Position numbers and translations under genes: made by a program. Source: Eledone cirrhosa (lineage: Eukaryota). From it: DNA of 64,000 nt. Below, piece by piece: positions 29,060-41,200 of this stretch. Position 1 is the first letter of the stretch. Each line of letters begins with the position of its first letter. Location: the NCBI GenBank assembly GCA_964016885.1, contig OZ024740.1, positions 287,804,001 through 287,868,000 of the forward strand, written 5' to 3'. The notes under the pieces are model-generated. The model ran no database searches, was not told the origin of the DNA, and saw only the letters and a program-made list of their open reading frames with translations.

Positions 29060-30465
29060 ATTTATTTATATATATATTCATTTGACTGCATGCTTGAGCA
29101 CGGCCATGATTTAGTGGGTTATATCTGCCCCAGTGCCTTTTTTTTTTTTCAAGTTTTGTACTTGTTTTATCTCTTTCTGTTGAACTGCTAAGTTACAGGA
29201 GGGAGGGAGAGAGAGAGCATTGGCCAACCTGTAGCTATACAGGGTTGCTCAGTTCTTTGAGAGCATATGCGTTTTTTATTAAATTTATGCAAAAGTCATG
29301 AAAGAAAAGCTTTACTTGAGGAAAAATTTGCCTGAATAACATTGAAACTCTTTTTGAATCTCTCATTAACATTGATGACTGCTTCAATATGGGGTTCGAG
29401 ACATTGACATGTCTGAATCAGATGATCTTTCTCTATTTTGGACATTGTGTTAGTTATGGCAGACATCAGATTTTATAGTGTTATGGGGTGTTGATTGACT
29501 TCCCTCTCAACTATGCCCCATATGTAGTAGTCTAATGAATTCAGATCTGGTGAGTTAGGAGGCCATGTGTTTTTGGTGACATGATCATGGAGATTGATAA
29601 CTCATCTATTTTTGGGTCATCTTGCTCTTGAGATGGCACAGTCTTGTTGGTAGGTGTAGTCTTCCTTTGTACTCTCTATCCAAGGCCTCACAACCCTCTC
29701 CAACACCTTTATTGTCAACAATATTGACCCTTAAGCCTTGAGGAAAGAAGTAAGGAGGCATGACATCTCCCTAATTGCTTACAACTCACAGAACCGTCAC
29801 AGTTGCTGGAAATTTGTATGTTCATGACTGTTGCAATGTCTTTAGGGTCTCTGCATAACCATCTGTTATTTCATCAGTTAACCTTTTGGTCTTGATCAAA
29901 GAAAAACCAAAGCATTCCAGGCTCTTGGTGTTTCAGCTTGCTCAACAAATGCTTTGTGCAGATCAGACAGTTATCTTTGTATCACATGACTTGTATTGAT
30001 GGTCCTTATGCACAATTCTTCTGGTAGTTTGCTTTGAATTTTTTAGCTCCTTAGCAATGATGTTATTTGACTTTCTGGGCTTCTTATCGATAGTTTTCTA
30101 CATTTTTTTGTACAAATTTAGGTGTTCTAATAGTATTAGGACTGTTAGCAGGTGTTTTATACTTGGCTACTGCTATAGAATCCCCAGCAGCTGCTTCCAG
30201 CTCTTTGTGAACTTTGACAACAAATGACCAGGCAACTTTTAGGAAGCATGCTATCTCTAAATCACCATGCTCTGCTTTTTAGGCAACGATTAGTGTGCCT
30301 TTTCATTTACTGAGTTAGCTTTATGTCTGTCAGGACAAGTTACAAAAAGGTTAGAGGTATTAAAATACATGTCCTCAAAGAACTGAGCAACCTTGTAGTA
30401 GAAGACTCTTGTCTAGGATGCCACTCAGTGGAACTGAACTCTGTAACCACACAGCCATGCTTGTG
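29060..30465 (-). mobile_element. CORE-type SINE split by the maT-like element (parts about 29060-29239 and 30396-30465)
   Basis: Joined flanks give ttggccaacctgtagcTAtagtagaagactcttgtctaggatgcc, collinear with the intact copy at 44766-44812. Confidence 0.75.
29240..30395 (-). mobile_element. Tc1/mariner superfamily element, maT (DD37D)-like, defective
   Basis: TA|cagggttgctcagttctttgag ... ctcaaagaactgagcaaccttg|TA TIRs. Minus translation QQDCA...WPPNSPDLNSLDYYIWGIVE, with the two Asp codons 111 nt apart in this decayed copy. Confidence 0.88.
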
Positions 30466-30747
30466 GCTATATAAATTGTAAAATGTCACTAAGCTTTTGC
30501 ACAACATGAAGGCTGAAGTGTAGTACCAGTCTTTTAGGATAGATCAGTTTAAATACTATTTTCCCCCTTTTCCATTGAGCTATGCTCAAGCTCTCATTGG
30601 TCAATCTTCTGCTTGACATCCAGATCTGTTTCTCCCTTGATGGTGAGCTGTATAACTCTAGCAGATTCCTCTACTAGAATAAAGATCATGAATACATTGA
30701 TAATTACTTACATATAGATCTGTATACACTGATAATTACATACATAA

Positions 30748-30932
30748 ATCATCATCATTTTCATGTTTTCCATGCTGGCAAGAGTTGGATGAGTTATGTT
30801 CTGAGGCTAAATAAGGCAGATAACCATCTTCTGCTCATGTGTTCCATTTTGGCATGGTTTCTATAGCTGGGGGCTCTTCCTAATGCCAACTACTTTACAT
30901 ATACTAGGGGCATATTATCATACCACCAGCAG
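30748..30932 (-). mobile_element. RTE-tail SINE fragment
   Basis: atcatcatcattt...ttccatgctggc...ggtttctatagctgggggctcttcctaatgccaac. Confidence 0.7.
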
Positions 30933-30974
30933 TGTCCTTAGGGAGGAACAAACATGCATATATATATATATATA

Positions 30975-32082
30975 TGAGGTTTGTCCAAAAGTAAAGTAAC
31001 GGTACATGGTAACACAGCAACTTGATCTATACATGCCTGTTGGTTATGACCTGGTTGTACCTACATACTTATTTCAACATGATCAATTGATTCAGTCATG
31101 ATTTCCTGTTTAATTGTAGACGTGTTTATAACCCGTTACATTTGTAATACAAAAAAATATTGAACAAAGGTACATTTTATTCTTTAACACAAGCTTATGG
31201 AAATTCCACTCTATTGAGAAGGTTTTTAAGTGGCACAAAGAGGGCCAAGAAAATGTTGAAGACTAACCTCATTCTAGAAGGCCAGTCTCATCAACACATG
31301 AACAAAATGTGGAAGCGGTGATGGTAAAAGATTTCCGAATAAGTGTTAAGAAGATTGCAGAAGAAACAGGCTTGGATAAAAATGCAGTTCACAAACTTTT
31401 AACAGACCATTTGCACATGTGAAAAATTTGTGCAAAACTAGTGCCCATTGCTAGAAAAACATGAAATTGAGCCAATTTTCTTGCATAAAGTAACAACAGG
31501 AGATGAATCATGGGTGTTTGGGAACAATCCAGAGACAAAATGGCAAAGTGAGGAGTGACACAAAAAAATTCTCATCTAAAGAAAGCATGCATGAGCAGAT
31601 CCAGGGTGAAAACAATTATCATTTCCTTGACAGTTGTGGTATTGTTCACAAAGACGTTTTACCTCCAGACAGTTAATTGCACCTACAAAGATGTCTTGGA
31701 ACAACTTCAAAAACAGGTCCAGCAAGTTTGGGTACTGCACCATGATAACGCACCTGCTCACACAGCACTTTCAATTAGAGAATTTCTGGTGAAGAAAAAC
31801 ATTCCCATTCTTCAGTATCATCCCTACAACCCAGATCTAACTGTGTGATTCCTACCTCTTTTGTAAGTTGAAATCCAAGTTCAAGGGTCACCATTTTAGG
31901 ACAGTGAAAAACATTGTAAACAATGAGCTAAGGACACTCACAGAAAATGACTTCTGGTACTGCTATGATCAATGAAAAAAACATTGGAACCACAGTGACT
32001 TATTTTGAAGGAGATAACTTCATGTACATCCAGTATACATTTAAATGAAACATCAGTACCCTTACTTTGGGGACAAATCTCA
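30975..32082 (+). mobile_element. Defective mariner (DD34D-type) transposon in TA microsatellite
   Basis: Imperfect TIRs tgaggtttgtccaaaagtaa / ttactttggggacaaatctca, TA flanks. Motifs CAKLVP, TGDESWVF, LHHDNAPAHTA and HPYNPDL..DxxLF with stops and frameshifts. Confidence 0.92.
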
Positions 32083-32094
32083 TATATATATATA

Positions 32095-33140
32095 TAATAC
32101 AGTATATAGAGAAAATACAAAGAGGTATGTTTTCAATTATGAGGGGATATAGAACCACTAGAGTGAAAAACAAAGTCCACAAAAGGAGTGGAAAATACAT
32201 ATTAATTAAAAGAATAAATCAAAATGCACAGACCAACATTTTATAATTATAAACACCTGGATAAACTCTAATAAAAGAATGTTTCTCCATAGAGGAACAT
32301 GGCTTAGTGGTTAGAGCATTGGCCTTGCAATCGAAAGGTTGTGGGTTCAATTCTCAGACCAGGTGATCTGTTGTTTCCTTGAGCAAGACAGTTTATTTCA
32401 TATTGCTCCAGTTTACTCAGCTGTAGAAATGAGATGATAGGGACTGGAGTCCCTATCATTCCACTGCAAAGTGGTCGTGGAGGTGCCACCGCAAAAAAGC
32501 ACCCAGCACTCACTGTAAATGAGGTTGGTGTTAGGAAGGGCATCCAGCTGTAGAAATCAAGCCAGAATCAGTTCCCATCCCACCCTTGCAAGCAGGGAAA
32601 ATGAAATGAAATAGAAAGTGTAGATTCCATATCGCTTAGGGCTTATCAATAGGTGTAAAGACAGTATGGTCCACACTTCTAAAAATGCTTCAGACAACTA
32701 AACTAATGCACATGGTAGAGAGAGACGAAAACACGTGCACTACACAGTTCATAGGGGCTTGAATAGGCCAACAGATCGCTAAAAATAGCAGCCCAGAACC
32801 ATTCAACTTAAAAGGCTCAACTTACAAAGAAATGAATTAGGAGCCAAAAAAGGAGTTAAAAAAATCACTTTAATCCCCTGTAATTTAATGAGCTCAAGGA
32901 ATAGATACCGGGCTCTTCATAATACAGTATATAGAGAAGAAAACACAAAAGTATGTTTTCAATTACAGGGGATATAGAACCACGAGACTTTGTTTTTCAC
33001 TCTAGTGGTTCTCCACCTGTAATTGAAAACATAACTCTTGGTGTTTTCTTCTCTATATACTGTATTATGAAGAGCCCAGTATCTATTGCTTGAGCTCAAA
33101 TTAGAGGAGATTAACATGAGTTTTTAACTCCATTTTTTTA
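32095..33140. mobile_element. Element with direct plus inverted terminal repeats (Penelope-like architecture), carrying a nested SINE
   Basis: 32095-32180 repeated directly at about 32920-32985 and inverted at about 32985-33070; about 140-bp-arm hairpin 32847-33136; TA runs on both sides. Confidence 0.6.
32292..32610 (+). mobile_element. tRNA-derived SINE with RTE-type tail
   Basis: tggcttagtggttagagc A-box, gggttcaattct B-box; homologous to 13436-13802. Confidence 0.88.
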
Positions 33141-33147
33141 TTTTTTT

Positions 33148-33191
<44 letters not shown>

Positions 33192-33282
33192 GAGGAGGTT
33201 ATACATATTCAAACGTTTATATATATATATATCCCATGCTAGCATGGAAAAATGGATGTAAAACTGATGATATATATATAGA

Positions 33283-33730
33283 TAGAGCGAGAAATCAATA
33301 AATTACATGAATGCACCATAATTGAAGGATCAATATTAATCCTTCAGTTATGGTATTTGGATGTATTCATGTAATTTATTGATTTCTCTATAAACACTCC
33401 ATGAATTATCACTTATGGTACCTACAGTTGATCACCACAGGAACAACTACGAAAAGCAATTCGTATGTTGAGTGAAAAACAACTATGTTGACACGGTCTT
33501 TGATTTCACCAATTTAACTAAGGGAAACCGATTACTACTATAACCCCTCTCTCTTTATATATATATATCATACCTACAGACATGAATATATATATATATA
33601 TATTACATAATAAACAACACATGTTTCTTGAAACCTTCGGTAATGAAATAATTGTGTTGCTTATTATGTAATTAAATAGCTCTGTACAATACATAGAGCA
33701 CTCTTCTTTCCTTTACCTTTTTTACAGAAA
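33283..33730. repeat. Two more fold-back elements in TA runs (33283-33392; 33601-33672)
   Basis: gagaaatcaataaattacatgaatgc / gtattcatgtaatttattgatttctc; attacataataaacaacac / gtgttgcttattatgtaat. Confidence 0.75.
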
Positions 33731-34049
33731 TACTAAATACACACATATATATATTATCGTTTTTACATTAACTTTTCCATGCAGGCATGAGTTGGACGAG
33801 ATGTTTTGAGACAATGTTTTAATGCTGGATTCCCTTCCTGACACTAACTCCTTTGGTCGTTTCTTAAGACATAACAGGATATATTGTAGCCATTCTAAAC
33901 TAGATATCTACATACATATAAACATGATACGCAATTATTATGATAAACCTGGAAGTTGTATCGAAATAATTGTAGGATACAGAAGACAGATTTTCAAGTG
34001 ACAGAAAATCATAAGATACATTTGAGAATATTGACATAACTTATGTAAT

Positions 34050-34560
34050 GAGATCCTTGGTGGAAGGTTGATAAGCAAAAGAGTCCAATATTGAAACATT
34101 CTATAAGTGACTACCCAATACTGGGTAGTCACATATAGAATGAAAATATTGGTAAGGAGATCCAACCCTGGATAAAATGTACCAGCACAACATTTAGTCT
34201 CTTGAAAAGGTAGGTATCTGAAGATCATGACTTTAGATAAACTACTAAAGTTATGTTATATAAGGTAATTGTTGTACCCACTTTCCTATACTGCTCAGAA
34301 ACTTGGAAAAATTATAGGTTGTTTTATAAGCTGGAAATACACTACCAGAGATGACTGAGAAAAATCAGTTGCATCCAGTGATAGAATAGATGTTGGAATG
34401 TCTGTGTGTGTAAAAGCTAGCCAATATTTCCAGCATTGAAACTATGATTGTGAGGCATCACATTCATTGGGCTGGTCATGTTGTGATGATGATGGACTTA
34501 ACTCAGCTGAATAAAGGAAAGCATATGTGAAATTAATAAAGGGAAGAAACCATTCTAAGA
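34050..34560 (+). mobile_element. Highly decayed RTE (BovB-like) LINE fragment
   Basis: VVPTFLYCSETW at about 34270 and HWAGHVV at about 34465. Confidence 0.6.
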
Positions 34561-34908
34561 TATATCATCATCATCATTTAATGTCCATTTTCCACACTAG
34601 TATGGGTTATCCTGTTGTGAGGCAAGTCAGATCAGATGACCGTGTTTTACTCACACAGAACTGTATATAGAAATTTTGATAAAATATGTTATCTATGGGA
34701 ATAGGTGGTGAATAACCAACAAGTAGGGACAAGTTATCAATGATGGAGTCCAACACTTCGACACAACACAAACTGAGCTGTTCAGGAGAAATGCAGTTCC
34801 CATGAAATGCCCAGTCTGCAACCAAAAATGATCACACATTGGCCTACATAGTCACATGAGAGTCCATAATAACTAAATAAATCTGGTAGATAATACTCAA
34901 CCTCAAAG

Positions 34909-35102
34909 AATGCTGGTGATGGAATATGTTAAAAATATATCAACTGGAATACCCTTGTGTTATATCCTATTATAGTGGATTATTGAAACACATAAAATAA
35001 GTAATGCTGGTGATTGAATATGTTAAAAATATATCAACTGGAATGCCTTTGTGTTATATCCTACTATAGTGGGTTATTGAAATACAAATAAAATAAGTAA
35101 TG
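34909..35102. repeat. Tandem duplication, period 94 bp
   Basis: aatgctggtgat...aaaataagt at 34909 and 35003 with a few substitutions. Confidence 0.9.
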
Positions 35103-36321
35103 TATCTGTTACTAAAACACAAACATTGTTTTGAAACATGCATAAGTGCAATGACTCTCTTTCAACATGCTGCTAAGTGCTTTATTCCCTTGGTAATGCT
35201 ATGTATCCTGCTTATGAGTACTAAAATCAAATTGAACATTGAGTGTTGATACATAACTTCCCAGTTAACTTCTATCCACTGGGAAATAAACCCAGTTAAA
35301 CAAGACTCACCACATGTCTCTAGAGCTTAAAGCCATCTATGACTGAAGTGACAATTATTAAGTGTCTCTCATCTCGGACATTTGTTAAGACAAGCTTTTG
35401 TATGAAGCCTTCTTTACAAGAAAAAAACAAAGATGTTACCCTTGTAATGTAACCTTTTTGCTGCCATTTGTAGCAACAAGGGGCAGGCAAACATCCCCAT
35501 GTTGGTGTAGTAAACCACCATGGAAGCCTAATATCAAAAGCATGGCTCTGCTATTACTTCTGCTTGATCCAAGCTGAAAACAATACAACTAGTCCGATCT
35601 ACTATATTCTAAAGTTTCCCATATTTAGTTGCTGTATGAAACCTTTAGGTATAAGTTTATCCTGGTTACTACACATTCATATATTAGATTCTATACAAAT
35701 ACACTAGTAGTTGTATAACAAAACAATATTTAAGGTGAAGGTTGTTAGTCAGCTTTATTTATGGTCAGACATTGGCTCCAATTAGCTAGAAGGTCAGCAA
35801 TTGATTTTTTTTCTTAGCTCCTGTAGTAGATATTTTCTTAGTTTCGTGTATCGATCGATTTTAGAAGTCATATACTCTATTAGATTTTAATATTGCATAA
35901 ATTCCATTTTTTTTTTTTAAATCTATCTATTCAAGGGAAATAACTCTTGATTACTGTTTGACGTCCTATTATTGTAAATCTTTGTCTTTTGTATATAATA
36001 AAGCATCATATTCTTCGACTAATAAAGTCTTCCCTGTTACATTAATTTAAAGTGACATGCATTATTTAAAATTACAAGTACTGTAGGCGTGAAACATGTA
36101 ACCATGAAAAGTTACACAGTTCAGGGAAGCGGTGATATGTACGTCATCAACATTTGGAATAATGGAATACACTTTTTCAATTTAATTTGAAAACAATCAA
36201 GGATTTAATAAAATAACTTGGCTTTTACATTGTTAAGTTTGTCCTTGCAACATAACAAGAGTTCCTTTCATAAAACTACGATCGAGGGTTTTAATTTAGA
36301 TATGAACACTTTAAAACCAGG

Positions 36322-38090
36322 TTTTTTTAAATATATTTTAATATTGCTAGGAACCTTCGCAAAAATATATGGTCGAAGCGGGAGAAAACGAAAAGGAAAG
36401 GGGGGGGGGGGGGAACAGCCAACAATTAATCACTAAGTACGACAATTGGTCGCATGCCACAAGGGTCAACGGAAAATTGTATTCATTGTTGTATAAAAAG
36501 AGATATGATAATACAATGCGTACAGAACGAAAGCACAAAGGAATATAATATAAAGGAAAGGGAGAGGGGAAAACTAAAAAAAAACCCACACATCTGGGAC
36601 CACAAACAACAAAAGGGGTGGACAACCGAGATGCTACCAGAGTAAAAGAACAGTATCGCGATTTGCACTGGGAAACCTCTCTGATGATTTTTGAGGCAAG
36701 CCAGCACGCTCGCAGCATTGCCTCGGGTGATAGCAAGGCTGATGCCCTGGAACAACCAAGTGCCCTCACGAGCTTCACCAGTTACCTCTGTTAGGTGAGC
36801 TGCCAGTGAAGATAGGAATCTCACAGTCAGTAGACCGACTCCCCCAAACATTTCGAACGCCACAGGTTAGAAAATGTAGTTGGCCGACAGATCATGGTAT
36901 TTTAGCATTTTATTCTGTTCAGCTACAGAAGCTGTAGCTCTCGCCCTAACTGCAGCATCCAGGATGTGGGAAGAAGCAAAAGAGTCACTAACTGTGACGT
37001 CCCTGACAAGGCATCTGCCTATCGACCAGGGGCACATGGTAAGGCCGTCAGGTCTTTTCCCATCACTTCTGGACAACCCAGATGGTTTCAAGGTTGAGGG
37101 GATGTTTACCCGGGGAAAAGCTCTCTCGAGAATAAGGTTTAGCTCTGTGTGATGCGAAGCAACCGGCATTCAGGTGGCAAAAGAGACCGTGGAGTTGAGG
37201 AGTTTGCTACATCGACACCTCAAACCAGTACAGACGTCAGCTCCCACTCTGAGGGCAATGGAGACACGAAGTTCATCCAAGCTGAGTAGACTGCCAACGT
37301 TAGCCATGGGTAGCATATCAACCCAGTCACCTGAGTATTTGGCACTGGCAGACAGTAGGCGACACCTTGAAAACTGATCCGCCTGGACGGAGAGGGAGTC
37401 GAAGGTGGCCTTCGAGCTTATGCTGTCCCAATCTCTCTGATTTTGACTGTTCTTCACCTTCTTAGGAACAGACAAGCCCAACTCACTCCATTGTTGGAGA
37501 GCTTCATCCAACTCCCTGTTAGAACTAGCCCATGCTGGAGAGGAGATGTTGCTCACCAGGGTGGAGGAAAGTAGGCAGGGGAGAGAGGGACAAACATTTA
37601 CGAAGGCCAAGATCCCCAAATCGCTTGGGCAACAATGTCAGACTCTCTGGAGAGAGTCTGACATTGACCAAGCACTCGAATCTCTCGAAATTAAGTCATC
37701 GAAGTGTTGGAAGCAGGACGTAAATCTGTGAGAAGAGTTGACCCTGAGCATATATAGAACCTTAGGAATCGAAAGGTAGTTTCTGAGTATGAAAAAACCT
37801 TGATGAGGTTCAATTGCTTTAATATTCTTTAGCGACTGCTCAAGGCCAACCATTTTCGATTGGAAGATTGACTCAAAAGCAAGGTCTGTAATTGGGGCTC
37901 CTAAGGAGCACCAAACCAAAGTAGGGAGGGACTGCGATGGAAGAGAAGGACTCTGTAAACAGTTCAATTGTCTGTTGATGTTGAGAAGCCAGGTGGTTGA
38001 GGATCCAGAGCTCACATTTGGAACTATTGACCTGGAGACCCCGATGGCCAAGTTTCTTAACCACTAGTCAGACATAGGCAGCAACTGTGG
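36322..38090 (-). mobile_element. 5'-truncated CRE-clade non-LTR retrotransposon (RT C-terminal part + Zn knuckle + restriction-like endonuclease), frameshifted
   Basis: GLQVNSSKCEL, LGAPI, LRNYLSIPKVLYMLR, GLGI (LGILAF), CRC..H, RSDGKRPDGLT..PW..G..LVRDVTV, AFEMFG...QGISLAITRGNAASVL. 3' end tentatively at the T7 run at about 36322. Confidence 0.82.
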
Positions 38091-38492
38091 AGATTTGCGA
38101 AGACTGGAGAGAAATGAAGCAAGCATGCTCCGATGGATGTGCAATGTCAATGTGCGTAAACAACCAAGCATGGACGAGTTGAGAGTGAAACTGTGTATAA
38201 GAGGAATAAACTAGTGTGCAGGAGAGAAGACTGTGTTGGTTTGGTCATGTGATACACATGGAAGATGACTGCGAGATGAAGACGTGCCAAGTAATCCCAG
38301 TGGAAAGAAGATGCAGTACTGGAAGACCACAAAAAACATGGGCGGAGTTGGTGAGAGCTGGCCTCAGATTGCTGAAGCTCACAGAGGAGATGATGAAGGA
38401 CTGTGACAAATGGGGAGATTCTGTGCTGAAGAGGACCTGTCCCACCCTTGCAAGCAAGGAAAAGTAGATGTAAAATGATGATGATGAAATGA
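38085..38492 (+). mobile_element. 5'-truncated RTE LINE 3' end
   Basis: LRRLERNEASMLRWMCN...QERRLCWFGHV...GRPQKTW followed directly by acccttgcaagcaaggaaaagtagatgtaaaatgatgatgatg. Confidence 0.9.
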
Positions 38493-39199
38493 TGATTTGA
38501 AAGTGGTTATAAGTAGTTAAGCTATTGGTAAAACAATAAAGGTTAAATATTGATTCTTCAACAGAAACAGATATTTCTAAGGTGCACATGTCATAGATAA
38601 CTTTTGCTATCTAGATGACCTAAACCAGGGGCAATCAACAGGCGGCCCGCGGACAAAATCCAGAAGTGGGAGTCCAGTAAAGATCAGTTCCCAGACCCCT
38701 TCCTTTATAGTCATAAAGGCTACAACAGAAGAAATTAAGACTGTCTTCCCACAAGAACTATATGCTGATGGCCAAGTTCTTGCAGGTGAATGAATCTGTA
38801 GTAAAGCTAGAGAAGGAATTCCGGACATAAAAGCAAAACCTGGTATATATTTGTTTAAGAAACTCTAGCTTAAATGGACCAACACTAATTATACTGAAAA
38901 AAAAGTGAGACAGAATTTAAAAAAAAAAGATGCTAATGGAAGAAATCTCTCTTAAGATGTTGCTCAGTAGCATGAATGTTATCAAAACAAAATTGAGAAG
39001 AAAAAATGCAAATTCCAGTGGTTGAAGCTGTAAAATATGACCTGATAAATACGACATGGTCAATACGGCAAAGGTTATTATTTACCTGAAACAACACGGT
39101 GGATACATATCTAACAGAAACAAGGTAGCAGCGCTCAATTTGTTAGAAGTATAGGCCTAATTTCCAGAAGTATAGGCCTAAGTGATGTTACTTGATACT

Positions 39200-39410
39200 T
39201 TGCCAGAAGGAGAGGGCTGAGTGATGCCATATAAGTGGAAAGTCTAACCGTGTGGCCACCTTCCCGTTTTGATTGACGTGTTGGGCGGACATGTCTGTGG
39301 TTTGAGCTCAGGTATATGTCTTAGGTTTTTCTGACCAGAGACTAGGCAGGTATGGCTCTCGCGGATATATCCCATCTGGACAAGATCGATGACAGGAGAG
39401 GACCAACGAG
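39200..39410 (+). promoter_or_regulatory. Candidate promoter / first exon of an unidentified gene
   Basis: Locally GC/CpG-richer, apparently non-repeat; TGACGT and GGGCGG motifs at about 39275-39290; ATGs at 39352 and 39389; donor GAG|gtaggt at 39410. Confidence 0.35.
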
Positions 39411-40419
39411 GTAGGTGAGGTTATACTTTTCTCTTACAACACTAATTCGGGTATATTAGCAAAGATTTAATTTCTACGCTCCTTTTTATAATGAAATGAT
39501 AATTAGCTTTTTTTTTCGTTGCAGAAGTCTAGCATTAAACCAACTTTCTTTTGAATCTAGTTCGCGCGGCTGATCTCAAATTTGAAGTTATTTTTACTAG
39601 GGTTATGTTTTATATTGACACCGAAAGCAAGGGACATAAATCTGCAATGTTTATATTTGTCAGTATATGTCAAGAGATATATTGACATGAGTACTTGGAG
39701 TATTCAGGAACATTAATTACTTACGCTTACTTATACTTCATTGGATCAAGAGATAAATTACTGTGGACATTTCTTCATTTGTTTTATCTACTTGCGGTAA
39801 CGTATGCTAACTCCATATTAAAACCCATCAGTTTTTTTTCGTTTTCCTAAATATTACAATTAATCGTGTAAGACAGCTGACACCTCACTTTTGCTATGTC
39901 TGCTTTAGATTCTGGGGTTTTTACCTGCGATATCTAAAATTGAAAAGACTGAACTTAAGGAATTAACAGATATTCATTGCATGGGATGTTAGTAGATCTT
40001 ATCCGAAAATTCAGTCTTCTGTTACTGTGTTTACAATTCATCAAACGAAGCCAACGAAACCACTTGTAAGTAGTTTCGTTTGATAACAAAGCTGTCTTTA
40101 TCGCTGTAACTAATAATAAAATGAACTACTCTGATAAAACAACGGTTTCCAGTTTAGGCACGGGATCAGCAATGTTTTCTTGTCTTGGGGGGGGGGGGGG
40201 GGGGTTAGATCGACTGGTACTAAATTTTATCGATCCTATAAGGATGAAAGATCATCACCACTGTCGTGGTTGTTCGACCTGAAGGGAACGGCACATTGGA
40301 TAATGTAGTTATGTTAAAGGGCCGAATGGTCTCAGCTGGAATACTTTTGATCATGGGATTGGCTGATGAATCAGGGCTGACCTGTAACTAAACAATAACA
40401 ATAGATCAAACAGTTTATT

Positions 40420-40575
40420 CAGTATGACACAATAAATATATCACATGTAACAGTATATCACAATAAATATAACATGTAACTGTATAACACGATGAATATA
40501 TCACATATAACAGTGTAACAATGAATATACAATGTAACAACAAATATAACATGTTATAGTGTAATATGATGAATC
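40420..40575. repeat. Degenerate minisatellite, period about 29-31 bp
   Basis: aatatatcacatgtaacagtatatcacaata-like unit about 5 times. Confidence 0.7.
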
Positions 40576-41082
40576 TGACACATTTTCTTATAAATGTAAC
40601 TAATCTTGTCACGGGAACCTTTCACTATGATAAAGTGGGTGGAGATGGTAAAGTGCAGAATTAATTGTACCATATTTCTTTTCCGACGAAAAATTTCGTC
40701 CGAAAACATTAGTGTCTATTTTTCAAGAGACTCTTACACACACCGCTTTTGTTTATACTACAATATTTAGTTTTAAATTTCCAAATTTTAAGTTGAATTA
40801 TTGATGGTGGGGTTGAGTTACTTAAGTTTTCATTCAACCCGAATCGATAAAACAAATACCAGTCATGGACAGAAGTCGACAGTATTTCACACTCCGTTAC
40901 AAATATGTGTAAGAAAGAACTATTTCGTCAGAACTGCCTAAGTGTGTGTATGTGCTGATGAAATATCAGGAGGCCTTGTACTTTAGTCTCAATAAATTCA
41001 GTTTAAGTGTGAACAATGACATATTTATTCATTCTACCATTCCTGGGATAAAATACTACATTGTTTATATCTCTTGAGAGGA

Positions 41083-41200
41083 CTGGATGGCAGAATTGAT
41101 TGTGTGTCAGAACAAAATGCCTTTAATGTTCAGAGTTCAAATCCTGTCGACTTTGTCATGACATCCCTTAGGTGTCGATGAAATAACTAATGGGATCGGT
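41083..41200 (+). mobile_element. tRNA-derived SINE with Meta-like domain
   Basis: tggcagaat head, gagttcaaatcctg B-box, catcccttaggtgtcgatgaaataa. Confidence 0.6.

Noticed and set aside
32297-32365. tRNA genes (also at 13730-13800, 42921, 45158)
   Set aside because: A/B boxes without a full cloverleaf, continuing into SINE bodies.
40957-40985. CTGATGA as a hammerhead core (also 40364)
   Set aside because: No correctly placed stem II-GAAA and cleavage triplet.
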